DNA from: Isurus oxyrinchus
Lineage: Eukaryota
Reading direction: 5' to 3'
DNA: 64,000 nucleotides
Assembly: GCA_026770705.1 (NCBI GenBank)
Contig: JANJGN010000323.1
Span: 62,001 to 126,000 of the forward strand
The position numbers and the translations under genes were made by a program. This document shows positions 13,601-23,049 of this stretch, in pieces. The notes under the pieces were generated by a model that saw only the letters and a program-made list of their open reading frames with translations, ran no database searches and was not told the origin of the DNA. Within the stretch, counting starts at the first letter, position 1, and each line of letters starts with the position of its first letter.

Positions 13601-16600
13601 TCAGCAGCAACTTTCCTATTTTCAAACTTGGTGGGGAATGTGTCACTGAGCTCAATACACTTTCACTCCCAGACCCTTGAATTGCCAACACCGGGGTGTG
13701 GGTGATGGAGCAGTCCACAGCTCATGGAACCCTGGCTCATCATTCTCTCAGAGATCTGGGTCACTGATCCCATTGCTCTCTGTGGGAGCTTCCTGTGCAC
13801 AAACTCACTGCCACGTTAGACAGTGACTATACTTCAAGAATTTCTTCATTGTCTGTGAAGTGAATTGTCATGTGCTGAGGTGGTGAAACTTGCTACAGAA
13901 ATGCAAGTCTTTACTATGTCGATTTGCCAGACTTTTAAATGGGGATTAGAGAAATCGATGGGAGTGGATAACCTGATAACATTGATGGACACAGTCAACA
14001 CATTTTATCATTCATGTTAAAGTGAATATTAGAGGTTGCTTTCGGACTGAGCTGGAAGCTACCACCAGGTTATTGAGAATCAGACAGTGTGTTATAATAA
14101 GCTGTGTTTTGTGTTAATATGTAAACGTCACAGTTTGTGTTATTTCCCATTGAGTGTTGAATGTGAATTGTTGAGTAATTATAACACAGCACTTACCAGA
14201 AACGTGAAGCTGGGTTACAGGGTAATAGTTATAGCTCGGACCATTGTCAAATTCTATTCTGAAAAAATAAGGTCCTTCATCGTCCCGTCTGAAGTTGTTT
14301 ATAGTCAGGGAACAGTCACCATCTTTCAGGTCTCCAGACAGCCGGGTCCGATGGTGGAACCGTGGTAACTCGTGACTGTGATCCTTGGAGTGAAAGGCAA
14401 TGGGAGCCCAGGGAATCTGTTCCTCATTATTAAACCAGACTCCACTTCGCGGTTGGTTTTCCAGACACGATGGATAACTGTAGTGACATGGAATCTGTAC
14501 ACACGAACCTTCCTGCGCTGTCACCTCTCGTGGAGTGTCACCTTTCCACTCTTGTGAGGTTCAGCTGGGGAGAGAAATCTCAATATTTCCCTCTAGATGG
14601 TTTGTGGATCCACTGAACCCGATATTTACAGATGAGGCTGAATTGGGGGGATGGTCAATACTGAGGAGGACTGCAACAAATTACAGGAAGATATACATTC
14701 TGATGAAGAGTCATACGGACTCGAAACATTAACTCTGTCTTCCTCTCCACAGATGCTGTCAGACCTGCTGTGTTTTTCCTGCAATTTTTCTTTTTGTTAC
14801 AGATTTCCAGCATCTGGAGAATTTTGCCTTTATATTACAGGAAGGTATTAATAAACTTGCAGAATGGGCAGGTCATTGACAAATGAATTTCTACGTTAAA
14901 TGGGAGGCATTACATTTTGTTCAGGAAAATGAGAAGCTTGTATCTTACCTCGAAAATAAGAATCTAATTGGGGTAGAGGAACAACGTGATCTGGGGCAGA
15001 AACACAGGAATCACTAACCGTGGGGACACAGGTTAACAAGGGGATTAAACATACAAACTAAACACTCGAGATTATTTCTCCAGGGATTGAATTGAAAAGT
15101 AGAGAAGTGATGTGAAACTTGTCCTGATCCTCGGTCTGTCTGCACCTGGAGTCACGTGTGCAGTTCCGGTCCCCATATTATATAAAGAATATAGAGACAC
15201 TGGAGAGGGTGGTAAAAAGCTTCACAAGGATGATCTCAGCAATGTGGTAGTGTACCCATTAGTAGGAAAACATAATAATTTTCATAGTGGTAATTTAATT
15301 TATTGTAAGCTAGGAATAGAGGGGTCTTGATANNNNNNNNNNNNNNNNNNNNNNNNNNNNNNNNNNNNNNNNNNNNNNNNNNNNNNNNNNNNNNNNNNNN
15401 NNNNNNNNNNNNNNNNNNNNNNNNNNNNNNNNNNNNNNNNNNNNNNNNNNNNNNNNNNNNNNNNNNNNNNNNNNNNNNNNAAATATGGCTGGGCTGAACG
15501 TTTTGAAGTCTCAGAAAAGAAGCTAAATTTGAAATGTTTAATAGGTAAACATAGCCAGAGTTTTAGAATGGGAGGTGCGAAAGGAGAATTTGCAATTTCT
15601 ACATAGTCCTGAATTTCAATGAGGTGCTTAAATGTTACACCTAGTGAAGAGAGGCTAAGGCAAACAGCGTTTTTATTATTCACAATTTTACTGAGAAACT
15701 TGGTACCATGAAAGATTTCTATTATTGGAAATGTAAAGTCCAATGACATATTGGAACAATGGGGTTTACATTCAGAAAGGGAGAAACATCTCTAAATGAA
15801 ATTAGGTTATGTGTAAGGGAAGGCATTGAAAGATCTACAAGTGTGAAATGCCTCTGTGCCCCTAATTGCTGTCTGCAAGAACTGAAGGAAAGAAAATTCA
15901 CTTTGAATTTAACTGTTCAGGGTATTGTGTTACTTCCTCTGAGGCTTTTTAAATCTGCTTGTTTTACTGTTGCTTTACCAGAGGAGTAACTGGGAGTCAG
16001 ATTAATTAGGGAAGCTAAGAATTAGCATAGCAGTAAATTGTAGAACTGTGTATGTGTTTAAAATTATTTCTTTTACTAATAAATGCTGAATTTAGTTTTG
16101 CCAAAACCTTCTCGACCTGGTGGACTCATTACTACTGAATTCAAGGGAAACAACTCAACATAAAAATACAACTTGCAAAACAGTTGTGGCAGCTGTTCCA
16201 AGTTTACTTTGGGATTTGAGCAGCTCAGCTTTTACCGTCTGCTGTGCCATAACACTATCAGGAGAGGAAGGACGGTCCGGGCCTGGTTTCTCGTGAACAG
16301 AATAGATTGAAGAGGTGACCTTGGGGAGGTGGCTACGATTCTGAAATATGCTGACAGAGTCGACGCACAGAGAGAAAGTTTCCCCAGGTGGAGAGGAGGA
16401 AAAGCAGAGGCAGAAATTACCCCCCTCGGGGTGGGGGAGGTGGGGGGGGGGTGTTGCCTGTGCAGGGTTGGCAGGGGTGGGCGTGAACCCGATTGGTGCC
16501 CCCGATCGAAGCTGTGCCGCCATTTGACGTGGGCCGGACAGTTCGGGCCCGCCCAGCGTGACGGGTGCCCGGGAGCGTGGGCGGGGGAGGGGAGGGGAGG

Positions 16601-18964
16601 GGGATTCCCTGAGGTGCCTCGGGGAGATGAGCTTCAGGTTTAAGACACGTCCCCTCATGTGACAGTGCCTCATGAGCTGGGACATGCTCATCAGTTTTGA
16701 TGGAACAATTTTGTGTCATGAAGGAAAACTTCAGGAAAGCTCCTCCGGCCTGCGGATGAGGCTCCATGAAAACTACAAAGGATGCCTGGAGGTTAGACGA
16801 GCAGCCCTGATCCTTGTTTAAATGACTATTTCAATGTCCTTCACGGGCCTTGGACAATTGGGCGTGCAGGCTGCGACCCCCGCTGAACTGACATTCGAAA
16901 TGATGCGCAGGGACGTTGGGACATCCGCCCGACATCATTTCACTGTACGCGAGCAGACCCCACCCACACTCACCGAGACAAGAATTCCACCCCCCCCCCC
17001 CCCCACCCCCCCCCCCCCCCTCCCCCCCGCCACCCCAGCAGGGACCAGCAAGGTATGAAATCCCAGCGGGAATTCAGGAGGAATTCCTTTCCCCAGGGCT
17101 GGGGAGAATGTGCAATTCAGCAATTATCTCATTGTCTGTGAAGTGATTTGGTGCATGCTTGAGGTGGTGAAAGGCGCTATAGGAATGCAAGTCTTTCGTT
17201 TGTTGATTTGTCGGACTTTTAAAAAGCATTAGGTAGACTGATGGGAGTGGATAACCTGATAACACTGATGGACACAGTCAATACATTTAATTATTGATAT
17301 TAAAGTGAGTATTAGAGGTTGCTTTAGGACAGAACTGGAAGCTATCACCAGGTTATTGAGAATCAGACAGTGTGTTACAATAAGCTGTGTTTTGTGTTAA
17401 TATGTAAACGTCACAGTTTGTGTTATTTCCCATTGAGTGTTGAATGTGAATTGTTGAGTAATTATAACACAGCACTTACCAGAAACATGAAGCTGGGTTA
17501 CAGGGTAATAGTTATGGCTCGGACCATTGTCAAATTCTATTCTGAAAAAATAAGGTCCTGCATCTTCCCGTCTGATGTTGTTTATAATCAGTGAACAGTC
17601 GCCATCTTTCAGGTCTCCAGACAGCCGGGTCCGATGGCGGAACCGTGGTAACTCGTGACTGTGATCCTTGGAGTGAAAGGCTATAGACGATGTTCTCCAT
17701 TCCTCATTATTAAACCAGACTCCATCTCGTGGCTGAATTTTCAAATCTGTTGGGTAACTGTAATTAAATGGAATCTGTACACAGGAACCTTCCTGCGCTG
17801 TCACCTCTCGTGGAGTGTCGCCTTTCCACTCTTGTGACAGTCCAACTGGGGAGAGAAATATCAATATTTAACTCTGGATGGTTTGTAGATCCACTAGACT
17901 CGATATCCACCCCCTCCATCACTGGGGCACAGTGGCTGCAGTGTGGACCATCTACAGGACACACAAGGAACTCCACAAGGTATCACAACGGAGGGAAGAG
18001 AATCCTGGACACAGGAGTGGACAAGTTCATTCTACATTGGCTCATGGTCCTCAGGACCCTGTTTAGTGAAGCCAGTCTTCCACCCAACACAGTGTCTACA
18101 AGATACACAGGGAAACTGTGTAAACATCTCATCTCTCTACACCGACTGGTTTGAGCTTCAGTTTAACTTTCAGTTATTTTACTTCCTTATTGTGGTTGCT
18201 ATGGTGAAACTGTGCAGGAAGTGCGAGGGCTGGACTCTCTGTCTATTCTCACTGCAGCTGTGATGTGGTCGTGGTGATTCTCAGTAAAATGAAACCCTCT
18301 GAGCTCCTCCATCCCCGAGGTTTAGGGAGTGAATTCCAGAGCTCAGGCCCCAGGCAGCTGAAGGCCCAGCCGCCAATATTGGAGTGATGGGAATCGGGGG
18401 ATGGTCAAGAGGCCGGAATTGGAGTAACACAGAGATCTGGGACGTTGGTTGGGAGAGTTGCAGGAGGTGACAGAGATAAAGAGTCAGTTTGTGGCAATGG
18501 AGGCATTTCAACACAGTGCTCTGAATTTTATGTTTGTGATGTTGTAGGACCAGGAGTCAGAAAACACAGGTGTGAACGGAGAATGGGGCTTGGTGTGAGT
18601 TTGCACATTGGGTCACTGCTGAATCTGAACCCAAACAGAGCTCAGTAAGAATCTTAAGATTCTGCTTGAGCTACAACAAACTTGCCTATCTCTGTAACCT
18701 CCTCCAGCCCCTACAACCCTCTGAGATCTCTGCTCTCCCCCCGTTCTGCTGTCAGACAGGGAGTCAGTGTATATCAGTGAGCACAGGGGTGATGGGTGAA
18801 TGGGACTTGGTGTGAGTTTGTACACTGGCTCACTGCTGAATCAGTTCCCAGTCACAGCTCAATAAGAATGATCTTTTACAAAGACTATTAATCATAAATC
18901 TGTCCGAGATGACGATGATATTACCTTGGAGAAGTGACAGGAGGAAGTAAGATTTCCCGATCAT
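4406..18964 (-). CDS. Siglec gene A (multi-exon model): signal, V1, [V2 frameshifted], V3, C2, C2, C2, TM, two cytoplasmic exons; 689 aa if V1+V3 are spliced
   Basis: Exons 18925-18964, 17480-17845, 12161-12529, 11493-11789, 8841-9116, 7813-8106, 6689-6785, 5884-5965 and 4406-4654 all have AG/GT ends and compatible phases (total 2070 nt). Siglec V motifs [17 protein letters not shown] and GPYFFRIE are present. An assembly gap at 15333-15480 lies inside the model. Confidence 0.8.
5011..5748 (+). mobile_element. Solo LTR-like element (TGTTAT...ATAACA) in the last intron of A
   Basis: Short terminal inverted repeats and an internal AATAAA; absent from the homologous intron of C. Confidence 0.6.
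5884..5965 (-). CDS. Gene A cytoplasmic exon 1
   Basis: 82 nt, phase 2-0; [27 protein letters not shown]. Confidence 0.8.
6100..6570 (+). mobile_element. 3' fragment of a shark-type LINE (HER1/CR1-L2 group); mirror at 35500-35960
   Basis: Matches the 3' end of the longer copy at 60290-60735. Confidence 0.65.
6689..6785 (-). CDS. Gene A transmembrane exon
   Basis: 97 nt; [33 protein letters not shown], with no charged residue in the TM. Confidence 0.85.
7813..8106 (-). CDS. Gene A membrane-proximal C2 exon (MAG Ig5-like CxCxxxSNP)
   Basis: 294 nt; KPEISQQSECTQRSEGVTCVCVAESNPPGDLTW. Confidence 0.87.
8841..9116 (-). CDS. Gene A C2-set exon (YPPQETMVS...YCTARNPVG), unique to A in this window
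   Basis: 276 nt, phase 1-1, canonical C...W...YxC Ig pattern. Confidence 0.88.
9250..10905 (+). mobile_element. Penelope-like retroelement fragment (RT C-terminus, GIY-YIG endonuclease, terminal repeat)
   Basis: LPFLDL...YKPTD and FTC..NL.YCIRCSQCG.LYIGDTKRRL (GIY-YIG); frameshifted. Confidence 0.8.
11233..11304 (-). pseudogene. 3' remnant of the repeated C2 exon ([22 protein letters not shown])
   Basis: Matches the 3' end and donor of the gene C repeat exons; no proper acceptor. Confidence 0.7.
11493..11789 (-). CDS. Gene A Ig domain-2 (C2-set) exon
   Basis: 297 nt; DFTDKPTIFP...[18 protein letters not shown], with the Siglec domain-2 extra Cys. Confidence 0.88.
12161..12529 (-). CDS. Gene A V-set exon V3 (AEP-type)
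   Basis: 369 nt, open; AEPSQEWKG...[15 protein letters not shown]...GPYFFRIE; good acceptor TTTCTCTCCCCAG. Confidence 0.88.
12580..13460 (+). mobile_element. CR1 LINE 3' fragment with a short Penelope terminus; duplicated at 14615-15245
   Basis: Typical CR1 3' region (...GGAGAAACTTCTTTACCCAGAGAGTG). Confidence 0.6.
14197..14564 (-). pseudogene. Gene A V-set exon V2 (AEP-type), frameshifted
   Basis: 368 nt. GTGAGGTTCAG versus GTGAGGGTTCAG in V3 is a 1-nt deletion near 14558 that gives an early TGA; it could be a homopolymer sequencing error. Confidence 0.75.
15333..15480. other. Assembly gap (others at 54764-54969, 62019-62271, 63196-63350, 63374-63512)
   Basis: N runs. Confidence 0.99.
15481..16253 (+). 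mobile_element. LTR-like element (5' end in the gap)
   Basis: 3' end ...CTTTTACCGTCTGCTGTGCCATAACA shared with the family. Confidence 0.45.
17480..17845 (-). CDS. Gene A V-set exon V1 (VGL-type; B-strand Cys replaced by Phe)
   Basis: 366 nt, open; GSCVQIPFNYSY...GDCSL...GPYFFRIE; AG/GT boundaries. Confidence 0.85.
18925..18964 (-). CDS. Gene A signal peptide exon ([13 protein letters not shown], phase 1)
   Basis: ACAATG start, hydrophobic run and CAAG|GTAA donor; same peptide in B and C. Confidence 0.85.
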
Positions 18965-19414
18965 TGTCCACTCCCAGATATTCCATCCACTTCTCACTCT
19001 CAAACTGTGAAAGAGAAAGGAGTTAATGAGACCTCACCTCTTGTCCGACAGCTCTCGAGAGATCAGAACTGCTTTTAAACAATGTCTTCACAGACTAATT
19101 TGATTCTCTGTGGGATGATAGGTGCTCTGCAGAGAGTTACAAGGCTTTAAGAAAGAAAAACAATGAAGGACTTGCATTTCTATAGCACCTTTCACCACCT
19201 CAAGACATCCCAAAGCTCATGTCTCTGCACTTCCCTCATCCCTTGAGCTAGAAAGATGTTCTGTGCAACAGACTTGAGTCTCACACCCAGATCTCAATAA
19301 CCAGTAGAAATCTTTCAAAGGCATCAATCATTGGAATCTGTCTTTATAAAGTCACAACATCAACAAAGGACGGTGTTGGTGGTGGAAGTGAATTCCAATC
19401 GTTCCGTTACTTAC

Positions 19415-19556
19415 CCAGGACCTGTCCGACTGCTCGCCTGGGGAGGAACTGCCCACACGCTCTGCTTGGGCTGAATGACCTCTTCCCGTGCTGCTCCCTC
19501 TGTGTGTTTAATTAGAAAGGGTGGATGTGTCACTGTGAGACAAAATGAGGAAGTGG
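19415..19556 (-). promoter_or_regulatory. Putative promoter and non-coding exon 1 of gene A
   Basis: Same conserved block with AAAATGAGGAAGTG at 19542-19555 and a GTAAGT donor; acceptor of the signal exon at 19005-19006. Confidence 0.55.
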
Positions 19557-19780
19557 GTAACCAGTGAGAAGATCGAGGATGTTTTGCGCTCTCAGCAAAA
19601 CGTTTACCATGTGATGATCTGTCAGCTCATATTTGGGCAGCTGTAGTCATGAAGCTTCTCCATTGGCTCCGTGGGATTAGACTCCTGCCCCTCACTTCGG
19701 AGGCTGAAACTCAGGCGATAAGAGTTCCCAATACAGGTCTCTGGCCTTATGATACATTTCAACGATCCCTGATCATTACG

Positions 19781-21970
19781 GAGGGAGTGCTGCACTGTCA
19801 GCGGCACTGTACTGTGGGAGTGCTGCACTGTCAGAGAGTCAGTAATGTGGGAGGGCTGCACTGTCAGAGGGTCAGTAATGTGGGAGTGCTGCAACATCAG
19901 AGGGTCAGTAATGAGGGAGTGCTGCACTATCAGAGGGTAAATAATGTGGGAGTGCTGAACTGTCGGTGGGTCTGTACTGAGTGGGTTCCGCACAGTTGGA
20001 GGGTCAGTATTGAGGGGGTGCCGGACTGTGGGAGGGTTAGTACTGAGGTAGAGTGGAGTGTGAGGAGATATCCTTTTATGGCAGAGTTTAACTGGAATTT
20101 ATTTAAACACAATTCTTGTACTGTGTGTTATTGCAAAAGAAAGGATTTGAGGAACTAAGTCTTGTTCCCGTAAGCCTAAAAATAATTTTCACGGATTTCA
20201 ATGATTTAGCATTGAAACCTCGCTCTTTGGGCACCAGTCCTGATTGAAACAACTCGCACAGCACAGTGGGAGGGTGAGTACTGAGGGTGTGCTGCACTGT
20301 GGGAGGGTGAGTACTGAGCGCGGGCTCACTGTGGGAGTGTGAGTACTGAGGGAGTGCTGCACTGTGGGAGACTGAGTACTGAGAGAGTGCTGCACTGTCA
20401 GAGGATCAGTAATGAGGGAGTGCTGCACTGTCAGAGGGTCAGTAATGTGGGAGGGCTGCACTGTCAGAGGGTCAGTAGTGTGGGAGGTCTGCACTGTCAG
20501 AGGGTCATTAATGTGGGAGGGCTGCACTGTCAGAGGGTCAGTAATGTGGGAGGTCTGCACTGTCAGATGGTCAGTAATGAGGGAGTGCTGCACTGTCAGA
20601 GGGTCAGTAATGTGGGAGGGCTGCACTGTCAGAGGGTCAGTAATGTGGGAGGTCTGCACTGTCAGGTGGTCAGTAATGAGGGAGTGCTGCACTATCAGAG
20701 GGTCAGTAATGTGGGAGGGCTGCACTGTCAGAGGGTCAGTAATGTGGGAGGGCTTCACTGTCAGAGGGTCAGTAATGTGGGAGGTCTGCACTGTCAGGTG
20801 GTCAGTAATGTGGGAGGGCTGCACTGTCAGAGGGTCAGTAATGTGGGAGTGCTGCACTGTCGGAGGGTCTGTACTGAGTGAGTTCCGCACAGTTGGAGGG
20901 TCAGTATTGAGGGGGTGCCGGACTGTGGGAGGGTTAGTCCGGGGTTTGATTATTGATTCTGAACGGCGTTTGATTATTGATACTGAACGGGGTTTGATTA
21001 TTGACATTGAACGGGGTTTGATTATTGATTCTAAACGGTGTTTGATTATTGATTCTAAACGTTGTTTGATTATTGAACCTGAATGGAGTTTGATTATTGA
21101 TTCTGAACGGGGTTTGATTATTGATCCTGAAAGGGGTTTGATTATGGATTCTGAACGGGGTTTGATTATGGATTCTGAACGGGGTTTGATTATTGATTCT
21201 GAAAGGGGTTTGATTATTGATACTGAACGGGGTTTGATTATTTGTGTTATTGCAAAAGAAAGGATTTGAGGAACTAAGTCTTGTTCCCGTAAGCCTAAAA
21301 ATAATTTTCACGGATTTCAATGATTAAGCAATGAAACCTCCCTCTTTGGGCACCAGTCTTGATTGAAACAACTCGCACAGCACTTCGGGAGAGTGAGTAC
21401 TGAGGGAGGGCTGAACTGTGGGAGGGTGAGTCCTGAGGGAGTGCTGCACTGTGGGAGGGTGAGAATTGAGGGAGTGCTGCACTGTGGGAGGGGGAGTACT
21501 GAGGGAGTGCTGCACAGTGGGAGGGGGAGTACTGAGGGAATGCTGCACTTCGGGAGAGTGAGTACTGAGGGAGGGCTGCACTGTGGGAGGGTGTGTACAG
21601 AGGGAGGGCTGCACTGTGGGAGGGTGAGTACTGAGGGAGTGCTGCACTGTGGGAGCGTCAGTACTGAGGGAGTGCTGAACTGTCGGAAGGTCAGTAGTGA
21701 GGGAGGGATACAGTATCAGAGGATCAGTACTGATGGAATGCTGCACTGTGGGTGAGTGAGTACTGAGGGAGTGCTGCACTGCCAGATTGTCATCCATGAG
21801 GGAGTGCTGCACTGTCAGAAGGTCAGTGCTGACGGGGTGCTGCACTTGAAAAGGGTCAATAATGAGGTAGTGCAGCACTGTCAGAGGGACAGTAATGAGG
21901 GAGCGCTGCACTGACGGAGGGTCAGCACTGAGGAAACGCTGCACTGTCAGTTCTGAGCGTGGTCTGCACT
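19781..21970. repeat. 33-bp GAGGGAGTGCTGCACTGTCAGAGGGTCAGTACT minisatellite blocks (19781-20045, 20262-20937, 21380-21970)
   Basis: Tandem units visible directly; they produce the TDPLTVQHS / VRGSVLREC repeat ORFs. Confidence 0.9.
20941..21240. repeat. 24-bp tandem repeat GGGGTTTGATTATTGATTCTGAAC (about 12.5 copies)
   Basis: Visible directly. Confidence 0.9.
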
Positions 21971-22834
21971 GTCCTAAGTGCATTCTAGGCACTGCCCAAG
22001 GTTCCGCCTGATGTCCGTGTAACAACAACATCATGTACACGTCGAGAATATTTCTCAGTTTGGTGCAGCAAGACAGTTTTGGAATGGCACCACCACTGGC
22101 AGGAGTGTGAAACTACAATGTGACATGTTTACATGGGAAATTTCTATTATAAAGATGGGCACAGGAATTTGTATGATAGAACAAATGTGACAACATGAAG
22201 TAATGTCTTTGAGCCAAAAATATTTTGTTAAACAGCGAAACGAACAACAATCTGGGAAACAGGGAAACAATTTGTTTGGAGATTTGAGAAATTCTCTGCA
22301 GCTTAGAGGATAACAGATGTGCTACAGTGCCAGCAATGATGGGAGTTCATCAGTACAACGTGACATGTTTACATTGATATAGCCAATGAACATAGGAAAT
22401 TATGATGTGAAAAATTGGTTGCAGGTTTATCTTCTTCAATATGTCATGGATGGATGAGACAGCTTTGATAACAGAATGAGATACAGCTGCAATAAACCTC
22501 AATTTTAGTCTTTCACACTTGGAGAGTACAATTAGCATCCATTCTGAAGGCTGAGTGGATGGGTGGACTGTGCGATGTGTTACAGATTACAGAGACCAAC
22601 ATCCTTGATCCTGGTTCTGCTCTGTGTTTGATGAGATGCTTGGATAAAAGATTGGGAAAATAAATAATCCTCCTGCATTGATCTGTATCTGGTCTCTCCC
22701 TCTATCAATGTCCTGAGGACAGAATTGGGTTCCATGTCCAAAATCAGACACATGCTTTGACTGCCCATTGAATCGGAACAGGAGGAGGCCATTCAGCCCC
22801 CTCGAGCCTGCTACACAGGAACAAGAGGGCACCT

Positions 22835-23045
22835 GAAACAAAAACAGAAAATGCTGGAGAAACTGAGTAGGTCTGGCAGCATCTGTGCAGAGATAAACAG
22901 AATAATCATTTCGAGTCCGTATGACCCTTCTTCAGAGTCTCAAAGCAAAAACTCTGTTTCTCTCTCCACAGCTGCTGCCAGACCTGCTGAGTTAATGCAG
23001 CATTTTCTGATTTTATTTAGATTTACAGCATCTGCAGTATTTATT
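22835..23045. mobile_element. Inverted pair of Penelope terminal repeats
   Basis: GGTCTGGCAGCATCTGTG...CACAGCTGCTGCCAGACC self-complementary arms. Confidence 0.55.
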
Positions 23046-23049
23046 TTTA

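Larger units (their letters stand above)
11970..15245. repeat. Tandem duplication (about 2 kb period) carrying V3 and V2
   Basis: About 11970-13210 matches about 14010-15245, including the CR1 and Penelope fragments. Confidence 0.85.
17260..19556. repeat. Inner inverted-repeat segment (mirror of about 26010-27950)
   Basis: Promoter, signal exon, intron and V1 of A match those of B in reverse complement; B lacks about 18480-18865. Confidence 0.85.

Noticed and set aside
14555-14566. Rescue of the A-V2 frameshift by the upstream out-of-frame ATG
   Set aside because: That frame meets TGA immediately on entering the exon.
12161-17845. V(D)J-type rearranging locus (several V exons upstream of constant exons)
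   Set aside because: Each V exon encodes a complete domain including the G strand and ends in a splice donor. I saw no heptamer-12/23-nonamer at the exon ends and no D or J segments. CACAGTG/CACTGTG hits are mostly within satellites.
20941-21240. CRISPR-like array
   Set aside because: Head-to-tail repeats with no unique spacers, in a vertebrate context.
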